Below, one piece after another: positions 24,589 through 36,410 of a DNA stretch of 64,000 nt. Source of the DNA: Lama guanicoe (Eukaryota). Within the stretch, counting starts at the first letter, position 1. Every line of letters starts with the position of its first letter. Under the pieces are notes generated by a model that worked only from the letters and a program-made list of their open reading frames with translations, did no database searches and was not told where the DNA came from. The DNA lies in NCBI GenBank assembly GCA_013239625.1, contig MU057350.1, positions 27,589,611 through 27,653,610 of the forward strand. The letters are read 5' to 3'. The position numbers and the translations under genes are program-made.

Positions 24589-25320
24589 TTTTTGTACACT
24601 AACAATGGACTGCCTGAAAAAATAAATAAAACAATCCCACTTACAATATATCAATAATAATGAGATATTTAGGAATAAATTTAACCAATGAGATGAAAGA
24701 TCTGTACAGGGAAAACTATAAGATATTGATGAAAGAAATGTAAGAAGACACAGATGAATGGACAGATATCCTGTATTCTTCAATTAATATTGTTTAAATA
24801 GCCATAATACCCAAAGCAATCCATAGATTCAATAAAATTCCTATCAAAACTCCAACAGCATTTTTTACAGAAATAGGAAAACAACCCAAANNNNNNNNNN
24901 NNNNNNNNNNNNNNNNNNNNNNNNNNNNNNNNNNNNNNNNNNNNNNNNNNNNNNNNNNNNNNNNNNNNNNNNNNNNNNNNNNNNNNNNNNNNNNNNNNNN
25001 NNNNNNNNNNNNNNNNNNNNNNNNNNAAACACGTAGACCAATGGGTCAGAATGTGAAGCCCAGAAATAAACCCCCACACACATAATCTTTGACAAGGATG
25101 CCAAGAACACAAAATCAGGAAAGCATAGGTTGTTCAATGAATTGTGTTGGGAAAAATGAATATCCACATGCAAAAGAATGAAACGATCTTACACCACCCA
25201 CAAAAATTAACTCAAAATGGATTAAAGACTTGAATGTGAAACCTCAAATTACAGAATCTCTAGAAGAAAACAGGGGAAAAAGTTCCTTGGTATTAGTCAT
25301 GGCAATGATTTTTTGGACAC
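24589..25320 (+). mobile_element. L1 ORF2 fragment (post-RT region), opposite orientation to 23930-24433
   Basis: Sense ORF2 motifs FLYTNN, YLGINLT, CCCAAAGCAATCCATAGATTCAAT (PKAIHRFN), AAAATTAACTCAAAATGGATTAAAGACTT ([10 protein letters not shown]). Confidence 0.9.
24891..25026. other. Assembly gap (136 N)
   Basis: N run. Confidence 1.
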
Positions 25321-25629
25321 AAAGTTTACTTTAAAGATTATATACAAGGAATCATGAAGCACAACCAGTGGGTTATCTGCCTCCAGTTCCTTTTCACATA
25401 GAAATAATCCTTAACTGGGTATGTTTATGTTTGGGAAGGAGAGTTTTTCCATTTTCTGTAAGGCTGTATCCTCTTATAAAGGTCCCATGTCATGTTTTCC
25501 TTGGTCAGGTGAAATACTTTCTGTATAAAGGCTTATTTGTAAGTTGTAATCTTCAAATGCATTTACTCAAAATATTTTCTAATTGGTTTCTACCAAAGTT
25601 GTAGCTCCTCACCAAATTTTGATGTTGTC

Positions 25630-26165
25630 TGTTTATTCATTTAACACATATTTAATGATATTTATGAAATATCTTTCATGTGTTAAATATTGAACTAGGA
25701 AATTAGAGTGGATAAGGGAAACATGTCTTATCCTTTATAATGAAGACATACAAACAAGTAGTAAATTATAATAAGCCAGGTAATTATGAGCATATTTGAA
25801 GGTGTCCCTGATCCAGCCTGAAGAAGGGGGAGAGTGGAGAAGTTAGAAGACGTGATATCTAAGCTAAAATAAATAAAGATTTGTCAGGATATGATGATTC
25901 TCCAGCTGAAGGAACAGTCTACACACACCCTAAGGCCGGAAGGAGCGCCGCGCTGCTATGAAGCTCAAACGCAAGGACACGGCTGGAACGTGCAGGGGAG
26001 GGAGTGGCTAGAAATAAAACTGGTAGGTGAGGTGGAGCATGAGCTTAGAGGGACCTGTAAGCCATTATACAAGGTTTGGAAATATTAATAATCTGATGGT
26101 GGGTTTTAAAGAGAGAGGTGACATGACTGTATGTGTCTTAGAAACATCGCACTGCTGGCAGCATC
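25630..26165 (-). mobile_element. L2 fragment
   Basis: TTTATTCATTTAACACATATTTA start; GGTTTTAAAGAGAGAGGTGACATGAC…CATCGCACTGCTGGCAGC. Confidence 0.6.
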
Positions 26166-26221
26166 CCATGTTTGAATGCACGTGGGCCGTTTATAAGGCT
26201 CCTGCATGACTCTAGTCTCTT

Positions 26222-26575
26222 CTGCTCACAGTGGGATCCTCAGACCAGCAGGGTGGGCATCACCCAGAAGATTCTCAGAAATGCAGAATCTCAGGCCCCA
26301 CCCCAGAATTACCAAATCATAATCCACATTTCCACAAGTTCCCCAGGAGATGTTTGAGATGCCCTGCACAACAGCAGTGGTTCCCAAATTCGGGGGCACA
26401 TTGGTGTTATCTGGGAAAAGCTAGCAAAATAGCGACGCCTGGGCCTTTCCCCCAGAGATCCTGATTTAGTTGGAAACCAGTGGTTCTCAAACATCCGTAT
26501 ATGTTAGAATCACCTGAGGGGATTTTAAAGCTGCTGATACCAAAGCTGCACCCCAGACCAATTAAAAGCAGACCA
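26222..26575. mobile_element. Three adjacent MER5A/MER5A1-like hAT-Charlie pieces
   Basis: AGAAATGCAGAATCTCAGGCCCCACCCCAGA; CAGTGGTTCCCAAA at ~26376; CAGTGGTTCTCAAAC…TTAGAATCACCTG at ~26478. Confidence 0.7.
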
Positions 26576-28107
26576 GAAAGATGCGCAGGAGAGAAGACTG
26601 ACAGAACTTGGTGATTAATCAGATGTGGAGAATGGCAGAGAGAAGTCACCCAGAATTTGGGCTTGAGAAACTAGCAAAAGCAAGACATCCAGCAGTCTTC
26701 CTCCTGAGCTCATTCTGCCTCCAACACTGTGCACCACTGGCAGCTGCATTCTCTCACGAAATCCACATTTTCTTGAGCCCTGCGGCAATGGGGAGAGAGC
26801 CTTTGAATATGTATCGATGCGGGGGGGGGTCCTTATAAAGAATTGGAATTCTAAAGAAAAAAATAAATCAGATTTTCTCAATATGCAGAAACATGGATTT
26901 CCATTTCCTGTGCAAAACCTTTAATATCTCCTGCAGAATGAGCTCAGCTGTGCCAAAGAGGGCAGCACCAAGTCCTCCCGAAGATCATGAGAACTGACTG
27001 CGCTGCTTGCCAATCTTTTGTTTCCTTATGTGATGCCACCCTCAGACTATGAGCTCCTTAAGGGATGCAGCGTCTTGGTACCCCTAGAGCTCGTAGCACG
27101 TAGCATATGCTCTTGAATGCTATTTGAAGGGAGACACAAATGGTCAAGGAATAAAACGTAGTTTACACAAAAAGCTAATAAATTCTCTTTGACAGAGCTG
27201 ATTCATAAACACACTTATTTTCCCCCTAAACTGCCCGAATTTTCTTTTCTGTCCACATCTTCCCATAGAAAGCTTACAGGCAGCCACTGCCAATTAATGC
27301 TAAACACATTCATTGGTCCAAGGGGATATCATTTCTGATTAAGAATTAACACACTTTGGCATGAAGCTGTCAATGTCAATCGGTTTAAATCCAACTGAAA
27401 TGTCAAACCACTTAGCATATGGCATACCCACATCTAATGTTGAAAGCAAGGGTGACATTCTCCCAAAGAGAAAACAACCCTAGTACATAGTGAGCTAGAG
27501 AGCCCTTAAAGGGCCAAACCCCATCTGAAAATGCATGAAGTCTTGTGCTTAAAATTTTCAACATCTACCCTTTCATAAGCAAGTAAATGTAAATCATGAG
27601 GGAGCAGAGCCCGATCTGCTCCATTCTTCACGTCATTCCCGAGACTACAGCAGTGCCTGGGACAAGGTGAACGCGCCATAAATATCAGCTGAAAGAAGAG
27701 ATACAGTTTTCTATCAAAGCAGAAACATCAGCTCTGCCCACCACTACAGAGCCCATTAGCAGCCATGTATTTACACTACTGTTTGTTTTAAAATGCAGTA
27801 AGAGTCCTTACAGGACAAGTCTGGAAATTTCGATAGGAAAGAAAGAGGACATTTAAACAATAGGTTGTAAGAAAATTATGAGCAGTATCTGTGCAAAGGG
27901 GATTATCAAAACTGATACTATCAACCTGCACAGCTCTCTTGTGAAACCAAACTGCACCAATACACCCACATTAGCCCGTGTGGAATGTGATTTTGGACTC
28001 ACAAACAAATGACTTACAAAGAGCCTTTCAAAAACTGGGTGGCCATAAGTTAAGGCACCTCTATGCCAGACTTCCAAGAGGAAAATAATATTATGTTATT
28101 AATAAAT

Positions 28108-28317
28108 GATTACTAACATTTATTGAGAGTTTACTGTATGTCAGACAACGTCTGAAGTTATCATATCTATTCATTCAGTTATGAGCCACAAGAAAGCAGG
28201 TTGCTTCCCTCGTTATTCCCATTTTACAGATGAGGAAGTTGAGGCTGGGAAAACTTAAGCAACTTGCCCAAAGTCACACAGCTAAAAGGCGACAGAGATG
28301 AGAATCATACTCAGGCA
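28108..28317 (-). mobile_element. MIR
   Basis: CCCATTTTACAGATGAGGAAGTTGAGGCT…AACTTGCCCAAAGTCACACAGCTA core. Confidence 0.9.
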
Positions 28318-28449
28318 AAATACAGAAGTGATTTTAATACAATGTGATCCAAATTAAAACTAGACTAATAAATCTCTGGGCACGTTTAAAGGAAAACAGT
28401 TAAGGGTTATGAGTCCATTGCCGAATGATCTCTCAAAATTAGAACACTG

Positions 28450-28960
28450 ATCATTCCTTAAGAACAAAACCAGTCAATGGAATGTCTTCTTTGTACCGGG
28501 CACTGTTTTATAGGGAGGCAGGAATGCAGCCAAGTTAAGTTAGGAGATGCCCCTGCTCCCGTGGAGTTTACCTTCTAGTGAGGAAAAATAGATTATATGC
28601 ATGAAAACGTATAAAGATGTATTTTCAAATCCTGGTAAGTGCTATGAAAAAAAGCAAGCAGGGTAATGTAATAGAGAGTGACTTTGTGACTTACCAGTTA
28701 CTTTACGTTGGGTGGTGGAGAGATTTCTCTGAGATAGTCACACTTGGGCTGAGGTCTGTGTTGACAGGAGAGGCAGCCACTAGAAGATCTGGGAAAAGAG
28801 AAATGCAATATAAGGAACTGCAGATGCAAAAGTCCTGAGCCTGGGGAGGGCCTGAAGCTCAGGGAGCAGCAATAATGCCAGCGTGGGGAAGGGAAGGTGG
28901 GGAGAGAAGGGAAGGAAGCAGTTCCATCGGGAGTTGCACTGTAATTGCATCAAAGATAAA
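28450..28960 (-). mobile_element. L2 fragment
   Basis: CCCTGCTCCCGTGGAGTTTACCTTCTAGTG…GTAAGTGCTATGAAAAAAA…GGAACTGCAGATGCAAAAGTCCTGAG. Confidence 0.7.
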
Positions 28961-29739
28961 AGACGTTTGTGGATAATTAGCATCACTTCAGCATCCTGTA
29001 TTCCCATCTACTGAACTGGAATGTCTCTTTATTTATTCTAGGACCCTCTCCTGTCCTTCAATAAATTCTCATGATTTTCTTTATATACCTCCTACACAAT
29101 TCTTCAGTTTATTCTCATACATTAATTTTTTAAATTATTATAAATGGAATTATAATGATTTCTTCTTGTATATATCAAAGAGGTTATAAGAACATGGCAC
29201 GTGGCAAACGTGGTGAAAAATTCTTGTTCCCAAATAATATATGTCTCTCCAGTGACTAAAAATTTTCTTTTGTTCCTTAGAGCTGAATAAAAACTGACGC
29301 ATTTTTCTTTCCTATTAAGCTCCAATCTGACCACCTCTCTTATAGATATTACTACCTTCTCTCTCTCTCCCTCCCTTCCTTCTTTCTTTCCTTCCTTCCG
29401 TTTATCTATTTAATAAACAATGATTTCGGAATCTATATGTCAGAATCTATGCCTGAAACACAGAAATATAACCTAAATTGCTTATGGACTACTGAGGTCA
29501 GATAATTGCTAAGCAGTTGAAATGCAGTGAGGTAAGTTCTCTGGTGGGAGGAGGAGTGGACCATGCTGGGAGCACGACCAAGCCCCTGCACCAGCCTGGG
29601 GTGGGGAGAAAACACATCCAGGAGAGACACAGCCTAGAGACAGGGAAGGAGACCTGGGCGGAGACTGTTGAAGAGCCCCGGACAAACGGGTGTATTCATC
29701 AGTGGGGAACGACCACCCAGTCTGGCCAATCTGTACAAA

Positions 29740-30220
29740 AATATATTTTTTTCAATTATACAAGTAACCATAAATGCCTGTTTAGTATAAAAATTCAATC
29801 AAAACTAGGAGTATGGAAGAAAAAAATTTAAATACATCTTTTCTTCACCTGAAAACCTTGAAGAGAGTAATTTTAACCATATGGTTATGTAGACGTTCAT
29901 AATTTTTCTAAATGTATATATACACGTATATTATACATAATCTAACTATCACTATACATGTGATCCTGGGACTTCCTTTTTTTCATTGAAAATATATTGA
30001 AATGCTTATGCTGTCTGTACTTATGGATATCATCCTTTTTAATATCTACATGGTATCTAGTTTCATCCAGAAGTGATATGTATTCATATGTTCATAGTAA
30101 GAAAAACAGCATTAAACCTAAAAAGGGGAAATGGAAGTACTTCAGTGCTCTCAGGACTCTCCACTCCCATTCTCATTTCCCAGAGCTCATTAATCTCGTT
30201 TAAGGTCTCCATGTATTCTC
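29740..30220 (-). mobile_element. Old L1ME-type 3' end fragments
   Basis: AT-rich antisense L1 3' motifs (ATCACTATACATGTGATCCTGGGACTTCCTTTTTTTCATTGAAAATATATTG). Confidence 0.45.
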
Positions 30221-32294
30221 TCAGAAGTACTGTGGGGTGAGTGTATTTTCTCCATTCTGTTAAAGTCCAGCTGCTCTCAGGGACCCATCAGGACACAGAC
30301 ACCCCAATTCTGCTGCGCTGACCCTCCACTCTGGGAGGAGCTGGGAGGGAGGGGACAGAGGTGGGTTGGGTGTTCATCATAATAAACTCGAAGAAGTTTC
30401 TGTTCAACACACAGTGTGACCTCAGTAAAGGCCAATCAGAAAAGAACTGCATTTTCTGATGTGACACATTCTTTTAACGGGGAAGGGGCTGAGGAAGAAC
30501 AGAATACGCTCTTATTGCTAATGTTGGAGGGAGGATGGAGAGTTTTCTTTGTGAATTATTCACTCTCTTAAGCCGAGTTATTCAGAAAATGCATTTTAAT
30601 GGGGCAGAGGAAAACCAACACGATCCACACGTAGAACATCTATATTCGAACTGCCACCTGCCATAGAGAAAGGAACACTGTATCTTCTAGGGAAAGACAT
30701 TCAACTTAACACACCGCAGGCCTGAGACGGAGTCTAGCTCCTGGCTCCGTGATGATTTATAGTAAGTGATGCATGAATTTGTAGGAATTATTTACTTTGA
30801 GGTGAATCTGATATCTGTGAGTGATCTTATTACTTGTTAATAGGAGGAAAGAAGTATTTGTTACTGGAATGAAAGGAAACGCATTTAACATGCGCAATAT
30901 AGAGTTTTCACAATTTCTCCCCAAAAGGCTCCTGTCAATAACATTCACAAGGAGATACGCAAAGCAAAACTGTTAATTCACATAGAGAGGTGAGAAAACG
31001 GATCCCTCCAGACTTGGACACCTGGCTTACCCAACTTTACCTAAAAAGTTAGTGAGCAAGGACTTTTCACCACAGGAGCTCTTAGGATCATATTCAAATA
31101 TTTAATAATTATGAAGCTAAGATTAGTATTGCATTTTACATTTTAAAAAGCAAGTTTACAACAAACAATTCATACAATAACCCAGTTTTAAAAGAGTATT
31201 TGGGGTCCTATTCACAGGGCTTCTTCAGAGCAAGAACGCACAGTCTCAGGGAATTTACAAACATGCTTCAGCTCATACCCCCACAGAGCGACAGCATTCA
31301 AGTGACAGTACTTCTGCTGTCAGATTCCCCTGTGCTCCCACACATGTTATTACACCGTCACACCTAGAAAGTCAGAGCATTTCAACCCCTGGAATAGGAG
31401 GGTAAGGGGATTTTCATCCTTACTCCCTAGAGCAGAAACCAGTGATTTAAAACTACAGTCGCACCACTGTGACTAGCTCCAAGATCCAGAACACTCAGCC
31501 ACCCTCTGCAGGACTTAATTAACTGTTCTATCCATACAATCACAGTGGTTTCCCCACGAAGTCAGCATAGCTACAGAAGTCTTTAACAGCCTATTCCTCT
31601 GGTCCTTTATAAGATAAGGTTTTACTCTAACTGAAGGATTTGGGAGAGATTTTCTAAATTTGACCACTTGGAGGCAGTATTATCATGTCATTGAAAGGCT
31701 TCCAGCCTCACCAGTTCGGAAAGAGAATGCATCGCCAATTAACTCGGGAAAACATCCTTTTGTGTTCTCCTTGACTTACAGATATGCAAAAAAAAAAAAA
31801 ATGCAAGCTGTGCTGTCCCTGAAAGAAGAGCTCTGTTTCTTCCGTCCAGCTTAGCCGGAGGGATGCGGGTGTAACACTGCAGCCTAATGAGCCAATTACT
31901 CTGAGCTCTGAGCGGCACCAGTACACCTAGGGACTTGGAGAAAAGCGCTTCCGCAAAAAGGGCAAAAAGAACAGGACTATCATTTTAGGCTTAAAATGTC
32001 TTCTTCTCGTTTCTCTTTATTGGACTTTCCAACAAAGACACAGGAAGGAGATGTTTCTATTGGCATTTTCCCTTTTTGTTAGTGACTTCTAATTTGTACC
32101 AGTCACATTTTTCATAGCAATAAATCTACAGTGCAGCCAGTTTGCAAATCCATGCATTCGAAATATTTCATCCTGTTCCCATCACATACAATTTCATTAT
32201 GGAGAAAACTATATATATATATATAAGCTTGTGGGTTTTTTTGTTTTTGTTTTTTTGTTGTTGTTGTTTTGTATGTTTTTCCTGGTATACTGAA

Positions 32295-32460
32295 AAGACT
32301 GTCACACTTGATCCCTACAGTAATTCTGACATTATTTCCATTTTGCAAATAGGGCAAGCAAAGTCAAGAAAAGTGAACTGCACTGACTCGCGTTCCCACT
32401 GAGAGTACATGGGCAGAGCCTGACCCAGCTGGCACCCAAGCCACATGTTCTCTTCTCAGC
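32295..32460 (-). mobile_element. MIR fragment
   Basis: ATTATTTCCATTTTGCAAATAGGGCAAGCAAAGTCAAGAAAAGTGAACTG. Confidence 0.55.
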
Positions 32461-35197
32461 ATACTCATGTCACACTCACAATCACCTCTCCCTCTTTTTT
32501 CATGATTGTTTGTTGTCTTTCATGTTGGTATTTTTCAAATTTATTTTTAGATGTTTAAATAGAGAAATCTCATGAAGGAAACAAGAAATAGCTGGTAAAC
32601 TCATTGTCCAAGGGAGCCCTGATGTCTTGAAAATAAAAAGGAGGAGAAGCATAACATGTGGGGCTAATGAGAAAAAAACAGCCAAACACAAAGGTACGAA
32701 ATGGAAAGTAAAAAACTTCTCTATGACCCACACCCATACCCCCATCTACAGACATCACCACTAATAATGTTTAATAAATAATAATAAGCAATAAATAATT
32801 TAAAGTACAAGTATACTACATAATGGTATATGTAATAACACAAGCTGCACTTATAAAGCATCAACTATTAGCCAGGCACAGTTTGCAGGACTTTGAAAGT
32901 ATTAGATCAATTAATCAATTAAATTATTTCTTGTGAATGAATAGCCATATATTCTTCTTTTTTTTGATTTACACTAAAGGGATCTTACGCTTCACAGTAT
33001 TTTCAACTTTTCCTTTTTTGTCTTTTTTTTTTCCTTTAAACATGTATTTTGGAAATCCTTCTATATCCACACAGGCTTATCATTTTTTTTTCACATAGAA
33101 TATTCCATAGCAAAGATGAACTGTAATTAACTTAAGATACCTACGGTTTATTTCCTCTCCCTGTGACCTTAACTAAGAAACATGTATGGTTAGAGTTCTT
33201 TTCATTTAAAAGTCACATCGTAGCCACCACCATCATAAAAGACTGAATATGGTTAAAGGGCAGTTAGGTTAGAAAGAAACAGACAAAATGAAGAGAAATA
33301 TGATATTTATGGTACATGACAGTTTTCTAAACTGATACAGATCTGAAACTGGATGAGGGGCCATGATTTCATTGTGACGGTGGAGATGGGGCTTCTTTCC
33401 ACCAGCTCTCCATCTTCTTCCTTTCTCTCTCTCCCTCTCTCTCTCTGTGCCTCTCTCTCCTCTCCCCCAAGTAACGTCATAATTTAATAATTATCGCCCT
33501 ATCCTTTGGACAAGATGCCCCAATTGCCACTCTGGCTTTGGTACCCATTATGGTCATTAATTCTGTCTTGCAACTGGCATATAGATGCTGCCATGTGGCT
33601 TCTGCCATTCCCCAAATCCACCACCCATAGCTGAGAGCACTCAGTTTCCTGGCAGCATCTCCTACTATCACACATATAAAGCAAGCCTCCCACCATGCCT
33701 ACAGAAAACAGCCACCCCTGAGCTAGCAAAGCCAGGGTCCTCCTCACCAGCGCAGCCCTTCACTCGCTTAGCGGGAAGTGCGCTCCCTGGGCCCTCCTGG
33801 GAGACAGTCAGCTGCTACGCCCTCAGAGTTTTACATAGCAAAGCCACTCAGACATTCCCAGCTCTTCACACCTTCAGGTCCATTCCTCAAGATACTTCCC
33901 AGGATGTTCTGGCATCTCCACCCCACTGACTGTAGTTCACCTTGATATTCAAGCTCCAAGGTATCTGTCCTGAAAACTCAGGTCTATCTTTTCCAGAACA
34001 TGAATCCAGAGTCATAAGTGCCCTGACATAAAAAAAATTCTCCCTATCCGGCCTTATAACTACTCTGTCTGCTCCAGTACCCTCTAATTCCATTCTCACA
34101 AATGTTTCCCTAGTTAGTAACAGTACATATTAGTCAACTTCTGAAATTCCTTTGCCGTGTAAACTGCCTGTTCTTGGGGACCAGATAGCACTTTCCCATT
34201 CAGACAATGAGTACTAAGATCTGATCCTGGATATTGGTCTAGGGGAACTGAGAGTTGGTGGAGGCAGATCTCGAGCAGAACAGGATGGCATCGTAAGGCC
34301 CTGTTTCATGGTAGAGCTTCACATGGTCTCCAGGCAAAGAGGGCAGCTTTCCCCGCACGAGAGGACAGTGTCTGCTTTTTCCCACGTGATGTGGGACGTT
34401 CCAAGGAATATGAGGGTCAAGATTCTCAGGCTCATTGGCCAAAAAGCCGGGTCTCAGGCTCTTCCTTTTTTTCTGCCAAGGTCCTAACAAAGGAAACAGG
34501 CCATGGCTGTGTGTTTGGTCTACCCTGAAGCTCCGCCCCCTGACTTTCTACAAGTCAGCCTCAGAGCTGTAACAGACCTCAGCACCATTCAGAGCGACCA
34601 CCGAACCCACCTGACTCTCACAGCGTGCTTCAAGTTAGCAGTTTACTTCTCTATCATCTTCTTTTGCCAAGGATTTCAAAGCAGTTAATCCACTCCAGTA
34701 TCTTCTAATTATTATTTTCTCCAAGTTGTTTATTCAGCTGAGACTTCCCATAAAATGTTTCACCTGCTCCTTTCTCCTCATCCCAATTAATTGTAGGTGA
34801 AAACATTAATTAATTGTAATGCCATTGCATACAAGGGTTATTACCCGATTTGCCAAAAGTATGGGTCTCCTATTGCCATCAGATCATAAGTAACCCAGCT
34901 CTAAAACAGACTCTTGGGGTCTGCTTTCTAGGGCTTATCCTGATCCCAAATGGCACAGCGAGAGTTCCCACGAGGCAGAATCTGCGGTATTATTGACAGT
35001 AAAAATATATATATATATATTTATATACATATGGAGCAGGAAATAGGATGGTACAAGAAGAGATATTTAAGCAGACAATTACAAGGTAACAGAATACATT
35101 GTAAAGTGGAGATATGAACAATATCTACTCTACAACCCACTGAGAAGGTAGTTAATTGTGCTTGAAGAATCAGGGGTGTCTTCCTGGAGAACCGAGG

Positions 35198-35550
35198 TAA
35201 CAGCATTTATTCAGCACTCGCCCTGTGTCAGATCTATGCAAAGCCCTTCGTATTTAATGCTTTTAATAATCCCATGTTGTAGGTGGTACTGGTGGCTCCA
35301 TTTTAGAAATGTGAATACTAACGAAGGTGAATTCCCACAGATGCCAAGTGCCAGAATCAGGGGTTACACTTTTTTTAAAAAACATTTTTTTGAGGGGGAG
35401 GGGATAACTAGTATTTATTTATTTACTTATTTATTTATTTATATGGAGGTACTGGGGATTGAACCCAGGACCTTGTGCATGCTAAGCACACGCTCTACCA
35501 CTGAGCTGTACCCTCCCAGCAGAGGTCATGCTTTTGAACACTATGCTAAA
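35198..35550 (-). mobile_element. MIR interrupted by a Vic-1-like SINE
   Basis: AACAGCATTTATTCAGCACTCGCCCTGTGTCAG…CTCCATTTTAGAAATG; resumes GCTTTTGAACACTATGCT. Confidence 0.55.
35370..35517 (-). mobile_element. tRNA-Ala(AGC)-derived camelid SINE (Vic-1-like)
   Basis: Minus strand GGGAGGGTACAGCTCAGTGGTAGAGCGTGTGCTTAGCATGCACAAGGTCCTGGGTTCAATCCCCAGTACCTCCA, then (TAAA)n, a C-rich tract and an A tail; degenerate 16-bp TSD CAGGGGTTACACTTTT/CAGAGGTCATGCTTTT. Confidence 0.92.
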
Positions 35551-35736
35551 CTTATTTTTCTGGAAGAACCGATGCTGGCCTGATTTTTGATAAGGTGCTT
35601 TTTTATGAACTACAGAAAGGGAAAGAGTACCCTAGACAAAAAGGAGAGGAGATGAAAAGTTAAAGAGAGATGAAAGGGACTAAAACGCTTCAGGATAGTA
35701 AGAAATTCAGTCTGAACTGGGGAGCCATGTAGAGGA

Positions 35737-36072
35737 TGCCTTCACTTGTTTGGGTGGCTTATAAAGAACACCAATTTATTTCTCACAGTTCTGGAGACTG
35801 GAAAGTCCAGATCAAGGCACCAGCAGATCCCTTGTCTGGTGAAGGCCCTCTTCCTGGTTCAGGGACGGCCATCTCCTGGCTACATCTTCACATGGTGGAA
35901 GAGGCAAGGGAGCCCTCTGGGGTCTCTTTCATACGGGCACTAATCCCATCCATGAGGGCTCTGCTCTGATGACTTAATTTCTCTCAGAGAACTTACCTCT
36001 TCATACCATCACCCTGGAGAAGAAGTTTAAACATATGAGTTAGGGAGTAGCACCAAAATTCAGTCTACAGCA
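35737..36072 (-). mobile_element. MaLR solo LTR, MLT1A-like
   Basis: TG…CA termini with perfect 5-bp TSD GAGGA (35732-35736 and 36073-36077); TTTATTTCTCACAGTTCTGGAGACTGGAAAGTCCAGATCAAGGCACCAGCAGAT. Confidence 0.9.
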
Positions 36073-36244
36073 GAGGATGAACGAGAGTGGAGAAGTGGAG
36101 AGAGAATTTAGACTATACAACAGATTGGTGGGTTTTATAATAGTCTCACTGGGAAGTCAGGAAACTCTGAAGATGAGTTATGGCCCTGGATACCAGCAAA
36201 GGGGCATAGATCTTGGACCCCATCTTTACCTCTCTTCTCCCTGG

Positions 36245-36410
36245 GCCTAAGTGCCAAACACACTACTTGTATCCGTATGACTTTGGGCAAGTCTTTCAGC
36301 CTCACTCTCCTGCTTCTCTAGGTATAACATGAGGAAGATAATAGCTGCTACCCACCTACCTTGTAAGATTGTTTTAGAGATTAAATGAAATGATGCAAGT
36401 ACTCATCAGC
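36245..36410 (+). mobile_element. MIR
   Basis: TGACTTTGGGCAAGTC…CCTACCTTGTAAGATTGTTTTAGAGATTAAATGAAATGATGCA. Confidence 0.65.
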
